NCBI GenBank assembly: GCA_963635575.1
Contig: CAVHFU010000004.1
Span: 1 to 61,894, forward strand
DNA length: 61,894 bases
Reading direction: 5' to 3'
Origin: a bacterium
GTDB taxonomy: Bacteria > Bacillota > Clostridia > TANB77 > RGIG9151
Position 1 is the first letter of the stretch; every line of letters starts with the position of its first letter. The notes under the pieces were generated by a model that made no database searches, had not been told where the DNA came from, and saw only the letters and a program-made list of their open reading frames with translations. Shown here in pieces: positions 36,506-47,098 of this stretch. The position numbers were made by a program, and so were the translations under genes.

Positions 36506-37846
36506 ATGGCAAAAGATAATTCATCTATTATGAGAATGCTTCCTAATGATGTGGAGGCTGAACAGGCCGTTTTAGGCTGTATGATTATTGATAAAGATGC
36601 GGCAGGAAGTGCATTTGAGGTTATAAAGGCTGAGGATTTTTATAGAGAAGATAATAAGGAAGTTTTTTCAGCTATTCTTGACCTTTTTGAAGCTTCAAAG
36701 CCGATTGATACATTAAGCATAAAAGAGCAACTAAGACTAAGAGGCACACTAGACGCAGTAGGTGGCATTGCTTATATTGCGGAACTTGCTTCTAAAGTCC
36801 CAACGTCTGCAAATATTGAATATTATGCAAAAATTGTTGAAGAGAAGTCTATTTTAAGAAAGCTTATTCATTCTTCAACTGATATTGTGAATATGGGATA
36901 TAACGCAAACGAAGAAGTACAAGTGATTGTTGATACAGCAGAGAAGAAAATTTTTGATATCGTTCAAAAGAGAAATGTAAAGGGGTTTACTCCTATTAAA
37001 AATATATTGGTTGATAATTTTGAAAAACTAGAAGAATTGTATAACCAAAAGGGTTACCTTACAGGTATTTCGTATGGTTTTACAGATCTTGATATGAAAA
37101 CAGCAGGGCTTCATAATTCAGACTTGATATTGATTGCCGCAAGACCAGCTATGGGAAAAACTGCATTTGCATTAAACATTGCTCAAAATGTGGCTATTCA
37201 CGATAAAGTACCAGTAGCGATATTTAGCTTGGAAATGTCAAAAGAACAGTTGGTAAATCGCTTGCTTTGCTGTGAGGCTATGATTGACGCGTCTAAGATG
37301 AAAACAGGAAAGTTAGAAGAGGATGACTGGGGAAAATTAGCTCAAGCTATGAGTACTTTGTCTGATGCTCCTATATTTATAGATGATACTCCCGGTCAAA
37401 ATGTAATGGAAATAAGAGCCAAATGTAGAAGATTAAAGCTTGAAAAGGGCTTGGGACTTGTTGTTATTGACTATTTGCAATTGATGCAAGGAACATCAAA
37501 GCACGGAGATAACAGACAACAAGAAGTGTCTGAAATGAGTAGAGCATTAAAAATTCTTGCAAAGGAACTTGATGTGCCTGTTATTACTTTATCTCAGCTT
37601 AGTCGTGCTCCAGACGCAAGGCCGGATCACAGACCTGTATTAAGTGACCTAAGAGAATCAGGTGCAATTGAACAGGATGCTGACATAGTTATGTTTTTAT
37701 ATAGAGACGATTATTATAATCCTGAGACAGAGAAGAAGAACATTACAGAGGTAATTATGGCAAAACACAGATCAGGTTCTACCGGAACGGTTGAGCTTGT
37801 TTGGTTGGGTCAATATACTAAATTTGCTAATAAGTTTAACGGATAA
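36506..37846 (+). CDS. dnaB: replicative DNA helicase
   Basis: PNDVEAEQAVLG; Walker A ARPAMGKT; IDYLQLM; LSQLSR. Confidence 0.95.
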   Translation: MAKDNSSIMRMLPNDVEAEQAVLGCMIIDKDAAGSAFEVIKAEDFYREDNKEVFSAILDLFEASKPIDTLSIKEQLRLRGTLDAVGGIAYIAELASKVPTSANIEYYAKIVEEKSILRKLIHSSTDIVNMGYNANEEVQVIVDTAEKKIFDIVQKRNVKGFTPIKNILVDNFEKLEELYNQKGYLTGISYGFTDLDMKTAGLHNSDLILIAARPAMGKTAFALNIAQNVAIHDKVPVAIFSLEMSKEQLVNRLLCCEAMIDASKMKTGKLEEDDWGKLAQAMSTLSDAPIFIDDTPGQNVMEIRAKCRRLKLEKGLGLVVIDYLQLMQGTSKHGDNRQQEVSEMSRALKILAKELDVPVITLSQLSRAPDARPDHRPVLSDLRESGAIEQDADIVMFLYRDDYYNPETEKKNITEVIMAKHRSGSTGTVELVWLGQYTKFANKFNG

Positions 37847-37857
37847 GGGGAAGTAAA

Positions 37858-39234
37858 GTGGATTTATTAGAAAAGGTTGAAAAATATTGTATTACTAATA
37901 AATTAATAGAAAAGGGCGATCGAATTGTAGTTGGAGTTTCCGGTGGCCCTGATTCTTTATGCTTACTGAGCTTACTTAATTCATTAAAAGATAAATATGA
38001 ACTTCGATTAATTGTGGTTCATATTAATCATTCATTACGCGAGGAAGCTGATTTTGAGGAAAACTACGTTAAAGAAATAGCAACTAAATTGAATTTGAAT
38101 TTCTTTTCAAAAAAAGTTGATATTAATATGCTTAGTAAAGAAAGAAAGTGTTCTACCGAGGAAGTTGCAAGAAATGTTAGGTATGAACTCTTTAGGGAAG
38201 TTTTAGAGAAAACTAATTCAAATAAAATTGCAGTAGCACATAATAAGAATGATAATGCTGAGACTGTGCTTATGAATATAATAAGGGGAGCAGGAAACAC
38301 AGGTGTTAGTGGAATAGATAATAAAAATAATGATATAATTAGACCGTTAATACGTATAGGTAGAGATGAAATTGAAAAATATTGTGATGATAAATCTCTT
38401 ACTACTATGATAGACAAAACAAATTTTGAAACAGTTTATACTAGAAACAAGGTGAGAAATTTAGTTATTCCTATTTTAAAAGAAATAAATCCGGATATAA
38501 TTGAAAGCTTAAATAGATTTAGCGAAATTGTTAGAGATGAAGAGGAATTTATAGAAGAGTATGTTGAAGAGATTTACAATAAAATTGTAATACATAATGA
38601 GGCTGGATTATATATAGAAAAAGATGAATTCCTTAAATTAAAGATTGGACTAAAAAGACGAATATTGAGAAGGGCGATTTATGAGTTTAATAAAAGTTTG
38701 AAAGATGTAAGTTTTAAAACTGTTAATAATGCAATAGATGAAATTGAACATTCCCAAAATGGGAATATTATTAAAATAGTGCCCAATGTAAAGATTTTTG
38801 TTCAGTACAATAAGTTAAAATTCATAAAAGAAAAAACTGAGATTAAAGATTACATATATGAGCTAAATATACCGGGCAGAGTTTATTTAAAAGAAATAAA
38901 TAAATGGATAACTGTGGAAGTTAAAAATGCTGAAGATGTCGGAATAACTGAAAAGAATCCTAATATTCATTTTTTTGATATTGCAAAGACAGGTAAAAAG
39001 TTGTATGTTAGGAATAGAAAAAATGGAGATTATTTTTATCCGACAGGAATGGAAGGAAAAAAGAAACTTAAAGACTTTTTTTCTGATTTAAAACTTGAAA
39101 AAAGGGATGAAATTCCTATTGTGACAAATGGGGATGAAATTATCTGGATTGTTGGACTAAGGTCTTCAAAAAAATTTTTAAAAGATAAATCTACAAAGGA
39201 GGTTATTATTATTAATTATGGAGAAAATATATGA
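37858..39234 (+). CDS. tilS: tRNA(Ile)-lysidine synthase
   Basis: PP-loop SGGPDS; synteny tilS-hpt-ftsH. Confidence 0.9.
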   Translation: MDLLEKVEKYCITNKLIEKGDRIVVGVSGGPDSLCLLSLLNSLKDKYELRLIVVHINHSLREEADFEENYVKEIATKLNLNFFSKKVDINMLSKERKCSTEEVARNVRYELFREVLEKTNSNKIAVAHNKNDNAETVLMNIIRGAGNTGVSGIDNKNNDIIRPLIRIGRDEIEKYCDDKSLTTMIDKTNFETVYTRNKVRNLVIPILKEINPDIIESLNRFSEIVRDEEEFIEEYVEEIYNKIVIHNEAGLYIEKDEFLKLKIGLKRRILRRAIYEFNKSLKDVSFKTVNNAIDEIEHSQNGNIIKIVPNVKIFVQYNKLKFIKEKTEIKDYIYELNIPGRVYLKEINKWITVEVKNAEDVGITEKNPNIHFFDIAKTGKKLYVRNRKNGDYFYPTGMEGKKKLKDFFSDLKLEKRDEIPIVTNGDEIIWIVGLRSSKKFLKDKSTKEVIIINYGENI

Positions 39235-39763
39235 TGATATTGAAGAGGTTTTAATTCCACAAAATGTTTTGCAAAAAAGAATTGAAGAATTAGGAGCACA
39301 AATTACTAAAGATTTAGAGGGCGAAGAAGTAGTTGTAATAGGTGTACTAAAGGGATGTGTTATATTTTTATCCGACATATTTAGGCTTCTTGATATGAAG
39401 TGCGATTTGGATTTTATGGTATGTTCTAGTTACGAAAATGCGACTGAAAGTTCAGGAAATGTTAAGATTATTAAAGATATAAACGTTGATGTAAAGAATA
39501 AAGTTGTATTGGTGGTAGAGGATATTATTGACTCTGGAAGAACAATGCATAATCTAAAAGAAATATTTAAGGTAAGACAATGTAAAGATTTTAAAATTTG
39601 CACATTGCTTGATAAGAAGGAACGTAGAGCGGTAGACATTGAGGCTGATTACATTGGATTCGATGTGCCAAATAAGTTTGTTGTTGGATATGGACTTGAT
39701 TACGCCGGAAAATATAGAAATATTCCGGAAGTTTGCGTATTAAAAAAAGAAATATATTCGTAA
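39218..39763 (+). CDS. hpt: hypoxanthine phosphoribosyltransferase
   Basis: PRPP-binding VLVVEDIIDSGRT; GYGLDY. Confidence 0.9.
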   Translation: MEKIYDDIEEVLIPQNVLQKRIEELGAQITKDLEGEEVVVIGVLKGCVIFLSDIFRLLDMKCDLDFMVCSSYENATESSGNVKIIKDINVDVKNKVVLVVEDIIDSGRTMHNLKEIFKVRQCKDFKICTLLDKKERRAVDIEADYIGFDVPNKFVVGYGLDYAGKYRNIPEVCVLKKEIYS

Positions 39764-39778
39764 ATTGGAGGTAGTACT

Positions 39779-41584
39779 TTGAAGAAAAAGAAGAACTTTG
39801 ACTGGGTTACGGTCTTTATAATTTTTGGTTTATTTTTATTTATTGCGTCGATATTTTTAAATACTCCATTAGAGGGTATAGAAGAAATGAATTATTCCGA
39901 CTTGATTCAAAAAATAGAAAACAATGAAGTTAAGTCGATCATAGATAACGAAGGGGCACAGGCTGAAATTGAATTAAAAGATGGTACAAAATATCTTTGC
40001 GATTTACCGGCTCAGAATATGATTGCTGCTAAGTATGACGAATTACTTAAAGAAGGGAAAGCTTTTGAATACAAGTTTGTCCCGATAGTTGTTGCACCTT
40101 GGTGGGCAAATTATTTGCCACTTTTAGTTATTACTGTTATATTTATTTTGTTTTGGCTTTTTGTTATTGGACCTGCGACCGGTGGCGGAAACAAAGCTTT
40201 ATCATTTGGGAAAAGTAGAGCTAAATTAAATGGTCAAGGCAAGGAAAAGGTTACATTTAACGATGTTGCCGGTGTAGATGAGGAAAAAGAAGAACTTCAA
40301 GAGATTGTAGAATTCTTAAAATCTCCTAAGAAGTTTACAGATATGGGAGCTCGTATTCCAAAAGGCGTTCTTTTGGTAGGACCTCCGGGAACAGGTAAAA
40401 CTTTACTTGCAAAGGCTGTTGCAGGTGAGGCTGGTGTTCCGTTCTTTAGCATAAGTGGTTCTGATTTCGTAGAAATGTTTGTCGGAGTTGGTGCATCTCG
40501 TGTTAGAGATTTATTTGAAGAAGCTAAGAAAAAATCGCCTTGTATTGTGTTTATTGATGAAATCGATGCTGTTGGACGCCAAAGAGGTGCTGGAGTTGGT
40601 GGCGGGCATGACGAAAGAGAGCAAACATTAAATCAATTACTAGTTGAAATGGATGGTTTCGGTCAAAATGAAGGTGTTATAATTTTGGCTGCAACAAACA
40701 GACCTGATGTTTTAGACCCCGCATTATTAAGACCTGGAAGATTTGACAGGCAAGTTGTAGTCGGTGCACCGGACATGGTGGGAAGAGAAGCAATATTAAA
40801 GGTTCATGCTAGAAAAAAACCACTTGGAGAAGATGTAGATTTGTCGATACTCGCTAAAAATACATCCGGATTTAGTGGAGCTGACTTGGAAAATATGTTA
40901 AATGAAGCGGCTCTACTTGCTGCCCGTAGAAATAAAACTCATATTGATATGCAAGAAATTGAAGATGCGATAGTTAAAGTTATTGTTGGAACTGAAAAGA
41001 AGAGTAGGGTAATAACAGATAAAGAAAAGAAGTTAACTGCTTATCATGAAGCAGGTCACGCAGTAGTAAGTAAATTCTTACCTACTCAGGATCCTGTTCA
41101 TCAGGTATCTATTGTACCTCGTGGAAGCGCAGGTGGATACACAATGTACAGACCTAATGAAGATAAATCTTACCGTTCTAAGACTGAAATGGAAGAAAAT
41201 ATAGTTTCATTACTTGGTGGACGTGTGGCAGAAAAAATGATCTTAGATGATATAAGCACAGGTGCTCAAAATGACTTACAAAGAGCAACAGCTACTGCAA
41301 GAAATATGGTTACTAAATATGGTATGAGTGATTTGCTTGGACCTATGACTTTTGGCGATGATAATGACGAAGTTTTCTTAGGCCGTGGATTTGCTCATTC
41401 AAGAACTTATAGTGAAGAGGTTGCTAAAGCAATTGATTCTGAAATAAGTAGAATTGTATTAGAAGCATATAAAAAGGCTGAAAACATTTTAAGGGAGCAC
41501 ATTGAAAAGCTTCATGCAGTTGCACAATTATTACTAGAAAAAGAAAAAATCGATGGAGAAGAGTTTAATTCACTTTTTGAGTAA
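39779..41584 (+). CDS. ftsH: ATP-dependent zinc metalloprotease FtsH
   Basis: [14 protein letters not shown] region, HEAGHA zinc site; TTG start after GGAGG. Confidence 0.95.
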   Translation: MKKKKNFDWVTVFIIFGLFLFIASIFLNTPLEGIEEMNYSDLIQKIENNEVKSIIDNEGAQAEIELKDGTKYLCDLPAQNMIAAKYDELLKEGKAFEYKFVPIVVAPWWANYLPLLVITVIFILFWLFVIGPATGGGNKALSFGKSRAKLNGQGKEKVTFNDVAGVDEEKEELQEIVEFLKSPKKFTDMGARIPKGVLLVGPPGTGKTLLAKAVAGEAGVPFFSISGSDFVEMFVGVGASRVRDLFEEAKKKSPCIVFIDEIDAVGRQRGAGVGGGHDEREQTLNQLLVEMDGFGQNEGVIILAATNRPDVLDPALLRPGRFDRQVVVGAPDMVGREAILKVHARKKPLGEDVDLSILAKNTSGFSGADLENMLNEAALLAARRNKTHIDMQEIEDAIVKVIVGTEKKSRVITDKEKKLTAYHEAGHAVVSKFLPTQDPVHQVSIVPRGSAGGYTMYRPNEDKSYRSKTEMEENIVSLLGGRVAEKMILDDISTGAQNDLQRATATARNMVTKYGMSDLLGPMTFGDDNDEVFLGRGFAHSRTYSEEVAKAIDSEISRIVLEAYKKAENILREHIEKLHAVAQLLLEKEKIDGEEFNSLFE

Positions 41585-41602
41585 TGGAAGGGACACAAGT
41601 TT

Positions 41603-41974
41603 ATGAATTGTGGAACAGATATAATTGAAATTTATAGAATAAAAGAGGCAATAGAAAAGAACAGAGAAGCATTTTTAAATAAAGTTTATACGACAGGTGA
41701 GATAGAATATTGCGAATCAAAAAAAAATAATAAATATCAGCATTATGCTGGCAGATTTGCGGTTAAAGAGGCGGTTTCTAAAATGCTGGGGACTGGTTTT
41801 GCGGGTGACTTCGATTGGAAAGACATAGAAGTATTAAATAATGAATCCGGTAAACCTGAGCTCAATCTTTATAGAGGGGCAAAAGACCTTTTTATAAAGG
41901 AAGGATATGAAAAAGTATCGGTCAGTATATCTCATTCTAAAGAATATGCAACTTCTATAGTAATTGGATATTGA
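41603..41974 (+). CDS. acpS: holo-[acyl-carrier-protein] synthase
   Basis: GTDIIEI.., FAVKEAVSK, ISISHSKEYA. Confidence 0.85.
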   Translation: MNCGTDIIEIYRIKEAIEKNREAFLNKVYTTGEIEYCESKKNNKYQHYAGRFAVKEAVSKMLGTGFAGDFDWKDIEVLNNESGKPELNLYRGAKDLFIKEGYEKVSVSISHSKEYATSIVIGY

Positions 41975-42104
41975 CAAAGTAAGGGAAAATAGTTATACTA
42001 ATATTCGGACGACGTGTGTATATAAGTATTAGAATTATATAGATAATGCTTGTGTAGATTTAAACTGTGACGTTTCGCCACATTGCTTGAGAGGGGGGAG
42101 ACAC

Positions 42105-42281
42105 ATGTCTGAAATTAAGTTAAAAGAGAATGAATCTTTAGATAATGCATTAAAAAGGTTTAAGAGACAATGCGCTAAAAGCGGTGTTATGTCTGAGCTC
42201 CGTAAAAGAGAGCACTACGATAAGCCAAGTGTAAGAAGAAAGAAAAAATCTGAAGCTGCTAGAAAGAGAAAATTCAGATAA
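42105..42281 (+). CDS. rpsU: 30S ribosomal protein S21
   Basis: [33 protein letters not shown]. Confidence 0.95.
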   Translation: MSEIKLKENESLDNALKRFKRQCAKSGVMSELRKREHYDKPSVRRKKKSEAARKRKFR

Positions 42282-42305
42282 ATCTTGGAATTACTTATTT
42301 TGAAA

Positions 42306-42344
42306 GAAAGCAATGAATAATTTGAATTGTTCATTGCTTTTTTG
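42306..42344 (+). terminator. rho-independent terminator
   Basis: AAAGCAATGAA-N11-TTCATTGCTTT followed by TTT. Confidence 0.85.
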
Positions 42345-42391
42345 GTATTTATTGTGTAAAATGTATGTGAAAGTTAAAGGAGGTAATTAAA

Positions 42392-42838
42392 ATGACTTTG
42401 AAAGAAACTTTTATGGAAGAAATGAAAAACGCAATGCGCGAGAAAGATACAATGAAGAAAAATGTTGTAACAATGGTTAGGGCTGCTATAAAACAATATG
42501 AAGTAGATAATAGAGTGGAATTAGACGACGCTGGTGTAACCGAAATTATTGCTAAGGAAGTTAAAAAACGTAAGGATTCATTACCAGAATACGAGAAAAG
42601 TGGAAGAACTGAATTAATTGAAGGATTAAATGCTGAAATTAATTATTTAGCTAAGTATTTACCTGAACAAATGTCGGAAGAAGAAATTAGAGAAGTAGTA
42701 AAGAGTGTAATTGTCGAGACCGGTGCAGCAGGTATGAAAGATATGGGAAAAGTAATGGGAGCTGTTATTGCTAGGACTAAAGGTAGAGCAGACGGAAAAG
42801 TAATAAATAGTATTGTAAAAGAATGTTTGAATGCTTAA
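42392..42838 (+). CDS. yqeY: GatB/YqeY domain protein
   Basis: L.E.M..AMREKD..K..V.R...A.IK pattern; synteny after rpsU. Confidence 0.85.
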   Translation: MTLKETFMEEMKNAMREKDTMKKNVVTMVRAAIKQYEVDNRVELDDAGVTEIIAKEVKKRKDSLPEYEKSGRTELIEGLNAEINYLAKYLPEQMSEEEIREVVKSVIVETGAAGMKDMGKVMGAVIARTKGRADGKVINSIVKECLNA

Positions 42839-42842
42839 AAAA

Positions 42843-42870
42843 TACTCCCTCAAAAAGAGGGAGATTTTTA
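42843..42870 (+). terminator. rho-independent terminator
   Basis: CTCCCTC-AAAAA-GAGGGAG followed by ATTTTT. Confidence 0.75.
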
Positions 42871-42900
42871 AAAATATTTGTAAAAAACTAAAAATTAGGC

Positions 42901-42929
42901 TTGACAATGGGACTAGTTTAGGATATATT
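42901..42929 (+). promoter_or_regulatory. sigmaA-type promoter TTGACA-17-TATATT for the tRNA pair
   Basis: Read directly. Confidence 0.6.
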
Positions 42930-42948
42930 ATTTGAGTAGTCCAATTGA

Positions 42949-43025
42949 GGGCCTTTAGCTCAGTTGGTTAGAGCTACCGGCTCATAACCGGTTGGTCCGG
43001 GGTTCGAGTCCCTGAAGGCCCACCA
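42949..43025 (+). tRNA. tRNA with CAU anticodon (elongator Met or lysidine-modified Ile2; not initiator-like), CCA encoded
   Basis: Acceptor GGGCCTT/AAGGCCC, D arm TAGCTCAGTTGGTTAGAGC, anticodon loop CTCATAA, TPsiC GGTTCGAGTCC. Confidence 0.9.
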
Positions 43026-43040
43026 AACAATTTAATATAT

Positions 43041-43126
43041 GGAAGGGTTCCCGAGCGGCCAAAGGGGGCAGACTGTAAATCTGTTGCGTTATCGCTTCGG
43101 TGGTCCGAATCCACCCCCTTCCACCA
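43041..43126 (+). tRNA. tRNA-Tyr (GUA), long variable arm, CCA encoded
   Basis: Acceptor GGAAGGG/CCCTTCC, anticodon loop CTGTAAA, variable arm TGCGTTATCGCTTCGG. Confidence 0.9.
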
Positions 43127-43156
43127 AAAAGAACATCTTACGATGTTCTTTTTTTG
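43127..43156. terminator. terminator after the tRNA pair; a second hairpin lies at 43162-43192
   Basis: AAAAAGAACATC-TTAC-GATGTTCTTTTT. Confidence 0.8.
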
Positions 43157-43190
43157 TGGTTAAGGGGGTGAGATTCGTCCTCTCCCTTTT

Positions 43191-43541
43191 TTATTCATCT
43201 TTTTTTAATGCTTTAAGCAGTATAGCTTGTTGCAATGTATTATTCATCGAAGGAAACATATTATTTGAAGAATCGCTGCTACTAGAAAACAACGACGCAG
43301 TTGAATTAGTCATAGTTTGGTATGTAAGCAACGAATTTAGTAATTTGGTTGTATCTGAATTATCACTTGCTTCCTCATTTATTTCCGAATTGGTAACAGT
43401 TTCTTCCGTTTTAGCAGAACCGAGTTTTGCATTTTCTAAATATGTACTGAATTTATTTTTCACACTTAAATTATCGGGAATTTTTGAATTTATTTCTTGA
43501 AGTTTTGTTTGATACATGGAAGAGATATTATTTATTTCCAT
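43191..43541 (-). CDS. hypothetical S/N/T-rich acidic protein (116 aa)
   Basis: GAGGTG RBS before ATG 43541 (the track GTG start at 43553 overlaps the RBS). Low-complexity composition; no family recognised. Confidence 0.5.
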   Translation of the reverse strand: MEINNISSMYQTKLQEINSKIPDNLSVKNKFSTYLENAKLGSAKTEETVTNSEINEEASDNSDTTKLLNSLLTYQTMTNSTASLFSSSSDSSNNMFPSMNNTLQQAILLKALKKDE

Positions 43542-43645
43542 ATTATTTGTCACCTCAAAAATATTTTAACATTTTGTAATATTAAAGACAAGTAAAGAAT
43601 ATTATTTAATACTAGTAAATTTCTACAAGAAAGGAATGAGAAATT

Positions 43646-43939
43646 ATGCCAATTGAGGAAAGAAAGCAAGTGCCTAGTGGTAAAGCACAACATAATTTTT
43701 TACTGGAGAATAGGGAGAAAATGAGTATTTCGGGTGTAATTGATGTGGACATATTTAATCCTGATATGGTTGTAGTACAAACCGATATGGGAATGTTAAC
43801 AATAAAAGGTGTGGATTTACACATTAACAAGTTAAACCTCGAATCTTCCGAGCTATGCTTAGAAGGAGAAATTTCAAGTTGTGCATATTCAGAAAAAACA
43901 GCTGCAACCGGAAGCTTTTTAGGAAAAATATTTAAATAG
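43646..43939 (+). CDS. yabP: sporulation protein YabP
   Basis: LENREKMSISGVIDVDIFNPDMVVVQTDMGMLTIKGVDLHINKLNLE. Confidence 0.9.
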   Translation: MPIEERKQVPSGKAQHNFLLENREKMSISGVIDVDIFNPDMVVVQTDMGMLTIKGVDLHINKLNLESSELCLEGEISSCAYSEKTAATGSFLGKIFK

Positions 43940-43950
43940 TGGAGGCAAAA

Positions 43951-44331
43951 ATGGGGATTTCACGAGAGGTAGTTGTATTTTTGTGGTTCATACTTGACGG
44001 TATGGTCGGAGGGGTGTTTTTTGACTTGCTTCGAGCTTTAAGGCATAACAGAAAATGTGGAGACTTATCTGTATACTTAGAAGACATTACATTTTGGATT
44101 TTGCTTTGTGCCAACTCAATATGGCTTACTTATTTTTTAGACAGCGGACGAATAAGAGCATATATGATTATTGGAATTTTTTTAGGAATGTTTTTATATT
44201 TACTTACACTTACAAAATTTACTTATAAACTTTTTGATGCCATTTGCCGATACTTTATTCGGTTTATTAGATTCTTTAATAAAATTACGTTTAGGAGGGC
44301 AATCAATGAAAAAGAGAGTAAATCCGATTAA
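43951..44331 (+). CDS. yabQ: spore cortex biosynthesis protein YabQ
   Basis: TM protein with GGVFFDLLRALR. ATG 43951 lies after GTGGAGG. Synteny after yabP. Confidence 0.8.
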   Translation: MGISREVVVFLWFILDGMVGGVFFDLLRALRHNRKCGDLSVYLEDITFWILLCANSIWLTYFLDSGRIRAYMIIGIFLGMFLYLLTLTKFTYKLFDAICRYFIRFIRFFNKITFRRAINEKESKSD

Positions 44332-44581
44332 TGTTATTATTGTTCTTTTTTTATTGGGATATTCTACATATACATTAGTTAAGCAAGAGATTGCTATAAG
44401 GAAGTATGATAAAGAAAAACAATCATATATAGAGCAAATTGCCCTTGCAAAAGAGAAAAATGCAGAGTATAAAAGATATTCTGAATATGTTAATTCTGAT
44501 GAATATATAGAAAAAATTGCAAGAGAGAAATTAAGAATGTTATTACCGGAAGAGAAAATTTATATTGAATATAATGGATAA
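44306..44581 (+). CDS. divIC: septum formation initiator (DivIC/FtsB family)
   Basis: N-terminal TM, coiled coil, then ..SDEYIEKIAREKLRM. AGGAGGG lies 6 nt before ATG 44306. Confidence 0.85.
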   Translation: MKKRVNPINVIIVLFLLGYSTYTLVKQEIAIRKYDKEKQSYIEQIALAKEKNAEYKRYSEYVNSDEYIEKIAREKLRMLLPEEKIYIEYNG

Positions 44582-44656
44582 AATATGTTGACGTAATGCT
44601 AAATATGGTGTAAAATGGTAATGGTGAATTTTGAAAGAGAAGGGAAGGCATATTGT

Positions 44657-45037
44657 ATGTCGCTAAAAGCAGGAGAAATAGTTGAAGGAGTAGTAAAAAC
44701 AATTACTAACTTTGGAGCATTTATTGATTTAGGAAATGGAGTAACCGGTCTTGTTCATATTTCAGAAGTATCTGACGGCTATGTAAAGGATGTTTCTGAG
44801 TTTTTAGAGCAAAATCAAAAAGTTAAGGTTAAAGTTTTAGCTATTGATGAGGCGAATAAGAAAATTACGCTTTCTATTAAAAAAGCTAATGAAAAAAAAC
44901 GTGAATATCAACAACCTAAGCAACAGGAAATGTCTTTTGAAGATAGAATAAGTAAATTCTTAAAAGATAGCGAAGAAAGACAAAGTGAAGTTCGTCATAG
45001 CTTTGAATCAAAGCGCGGAAAAAGTGGACGAAGATAA
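44657..45037 (+). CDS. yabR: S1 RNA-binding domain protein (YabR-like)
   Basis: GEIVEGVVKTITNFGAFIDLGNGVTGLVHISEVSDGYV. Confidence 0.85.
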   Translation: MSLKAGEIVEGVVKTITNFGAFIDLGNGVTGLVHISEVSDGYVKDVSEFLEQNQKVKVKVLAIDEANKKITLSIKKANEKKREYQQPKQQEMSFEDRISKFLKDSEERQSEVRHSFESKRGKSGRR

Positions 45038-45055
45038 AAAGAAAGGAATTTTCCT

Positions 45056-46324
45056 ATGATAAATAAGACAGTTTCAGAACTACGGGAGATGGCTAGAAGT
45101 TACGGCGTAGCTAATTACTCAAAATTAAAAAAGGACGAACTTATAGAGGCATTGAACCAAGCTGAAATAAAAAAAGATGATAAAGTAAATGAAAAAGAAC
45201 CTCTAAAAGAAGAACCAGAAGACGCGGTTGGAATTTTAGAGGTTCTTACTGATGGATTCGGTTTTTTAAGGTGTGAAAATTATCTGAGTGGGGCTAATGA
45301 TATATATGTTTCACCTGTCCAAATAAGAAGATTTAATCTAAAGACCGGAGATATGATTTCCTGCAAGGTAAGACCTTGTAGAGAGGGCGAGAGATTTAGA
45401 GCATTAATATATGTTAATTCAGTAAATGGCGATGGTGTTGATGTAGCGATAAAAAGAAAACCTTTTGACCAACTAGTTCCGATTTATCCGGATTCCAGGT
45501 TAAAGTTAGAAACGACAAGACAAGAAACTGCAACACGACTTATAGATTTAATTGCACCAATTGGGAAAGGGCAGCGAGGAATGATCGTTGCACCTCCGAA
45601 AGCGGGAAAAACAGTTCTTATTAAAAAGATAGCTAATGCGATAACTACTAATTATAAAGATGTTGAACTTATAGTCTTATTAATAGATGAACGTCCGGAG
45701 GAAGTTACAGATATGCAAAGGTCAATAAAAGGAGAAGTAATATATTCTACTTTTGACGAATTGCCTGAGCATCATATAAGAGTGGCTGAAATGGTTTTAG
45801 AACGTGCTCAAAGACTTGTTGAGCATAAAAGGGATGTTGTTATTTTATTAGATAGTATAACACGACTTGCTAGAGCTTATAACCTGACTATTCCGGCGTC
45901 CGGAAGAACTTTATCCGGTGGGCTTGACCCCGCGGCTTTACATAAACCCAAGAAATTTTTTGGAGCAGCGAGAAATATTGAAAGTGGTGGAAGCTTGACA
46001 ATCCTTGCCACTGCATTAATAGAAACAGGAAGCAGAATGGATGATGTTATCTTTGAAGAATTTAAGGGAACTGGCAATATGGAACTTCATTTAGATAGAA
46101 AGCTTTCTGAGAAGAGAATTTTTCCGGCAATAGATATTAACAAGTCAGGAACACGAAGAGAAGAATTACTACTTTCTCAAAACGAATGGGAAGCAGTAAT
46201 GAGTATTAGAAGAAGCATGAGTAGGCAAGATAATATGGACATAGCTGAAAGTTTGCTTAATTTATTGATTACTACAAAGGATAATGATGAGTTCGTAGAA
46301 AAAATTAAGAAAACGATGAAATAG
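45056..46324 (+). CDS. rho: transcription termination factor Rho
   Basis: Rho_[24 protein letters not shown]; cold-shock-like GFGFLR; Walker A APPKAGKT. Confidence 0.95.
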   Translation: MINKTVSELREMARSYGVANYSKLKKDELIEALNQAEIKKDDKVNEKEPLKEEPEDAVGILEVLTDGFGFLRCENYLSGANDIYVSPVQIRRFNLKTGDMISCKVRPCREGERFRALIYVNSVNGDGVDVAIKRKPFDQLVPIYPDSRLKLETTRQETATRLIDLIAPIGKGQRGMIVAPPKAGKTVLIKKIANAITTNYKDVELIVLLIDERPEEVTDMQRSIKGEVIYSTFDELPEHHIRVAEMVLERAQRLVEHKRDVVILLDSITRLARAYNLTIPASGRTLSGGLDPAALHKPKKFFGAARNIESGGSLTILATALIETGSRMDDVIFEEFKGTGNMELHLDRKLSEKRIFPAIDINKSGTRREELLLSQNEWEAVMSIRRSMSRQDNMDIAESLLNLLITTKDNDEFVEKIKKTMK

Positions 46325-46366
46325 AAACAGGGCAAGTGGTCTTATAATTCCACAGCCCTGTTTTTG
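46325..46366. terminator. bidirectional terminator
   Basis: AAACAGGGC...GCCCTGTTT followed by TT. Confidence 0.8.
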
Positions 46367-46369
46367 CGA

Positions 46370-46582
46370 CTAGTTTTTTTGTGTCGCACGGCCATCCCCG
46401 TAGCCGTAAAAAGCAATTGCCCATACGCCTGCAATTCCAACTAAAGTATAAATAACACGGGAAACCCAACTCATAGTTCCGAAGATCGCGTCTACTAAGT
46501 TATAATTAAAAATTCCTACCAATCCCCAGTTTATACCACCGATTATTATTAAAGTAAGAATAATAGCATGGAGTGTTCTCAT
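46370..46582 (-). CDS. DUF378 small membrane protein
   Basis: IIGGINWGLVGIFNYNLVDAIFG signature. GGAGGA RBS before ATG 46582. The track N-terminal extension is rejected. Confidence 0.85.
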   Translation of the reverse strand: MRTLHAIILTLIIIGGINWGLVGIFNYNLVDAIFGTMSWVSRVIYTLVGIAGVWAIAFYGYGDGRATQKN

Positions 46583-46697
46583 TTTAATCCTCCTTCCCAA
46601 AGATATAAATAAAAATCTTTTATATATAGTATCTCTATAAATAAACTTAACAATACAAGAAAAATTTTGCAAATCATACTTTTTATTATAAAACCTC

Positions 46698-46726
46698 TTG
46701 AAAACATTATCAGGTTGTGATAAAAT
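46698..46726 (+). promoter_or_regulatory. sigmaA-type promoter TTGAAA-17-TGaTAAAAT
   Basis: Read directly upstream of rpmE. Confidence 0.6.
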
Positions 46727-46794
46727 ATATATCGTTGACTGAGCATGTTAATAATGTTTAACGGATATAGAATTTTTGAAAGAAGGTGAATTTG

Positions 46795-47004
46795 ATGAAA
46801 GAAGGAATACATCCAAAATGTGTAGAATCAGTTGTTAAGTGTGCTTGTGGTGAAACATTCACAACTACTTCTATTAAGCCTGAACTACGTGTTGAAATTT
46901 GTTCAAAATGTCATCCTTTCTACACCGGTTCTCAAAAGAATACAGTTGTTGGTGGAAGAAGCGAAAGATTTAAGAAGAAGTTTAATATTACTGATGAAGA
47001 CTAA
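46795..47004 (+). CDS. rpmE: 50S ribosomal protein L31 (Zn-ribbon type, CxxC...CxxC)
   Basis: MKEGIHPK...CACGETF...[10 protein letters not shown]. Confidence 0.95.
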   Translation: MKEGIHPKCVESVVKCACGETFTTTSIKPELRVEICSKCHPFYTGSQKNTVVGGRSERFKKKFNITDED

Positions 47005-47033
47005 AAGAAAGAGCCTATTAAGGTTCTTTTTTT
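47005..47033 (+). terminator. rho-independent terminator
   Basis: AGAAAGAGCCT-ATTA-AGGTTCTTTTTTT. Confidence 0.7.
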
Positions 47034-47098
47034 GTGGTAAAAAATTTCCTTTGTGCATATATTTGTTTTGAATGAGTTTGCAAAAAGGGGATGGTTAT

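Noticed and set aside
43039-43500. 153-aa + strand ORF from the track
   Set aside because: It starts inside tRNA-Tyr, runs through two terminators and has an implausible composition. The minus-strand ORF 43191-43541 has an RBS and is preferred.
44234-44305. N-terminal extension of divIC overlapping yabQ
   Set aside because: AGGAGGG-N6-ATG at 44306 gives the typical short cytoplasmic tail + TM of DivIC/FtsB proteins.
46832-47071. 79-aa ORF overlapping rpmE in another frame
   Set aside because: rpmE identity is unambiguous. The overlapping frame runs through the rpmE terminator.
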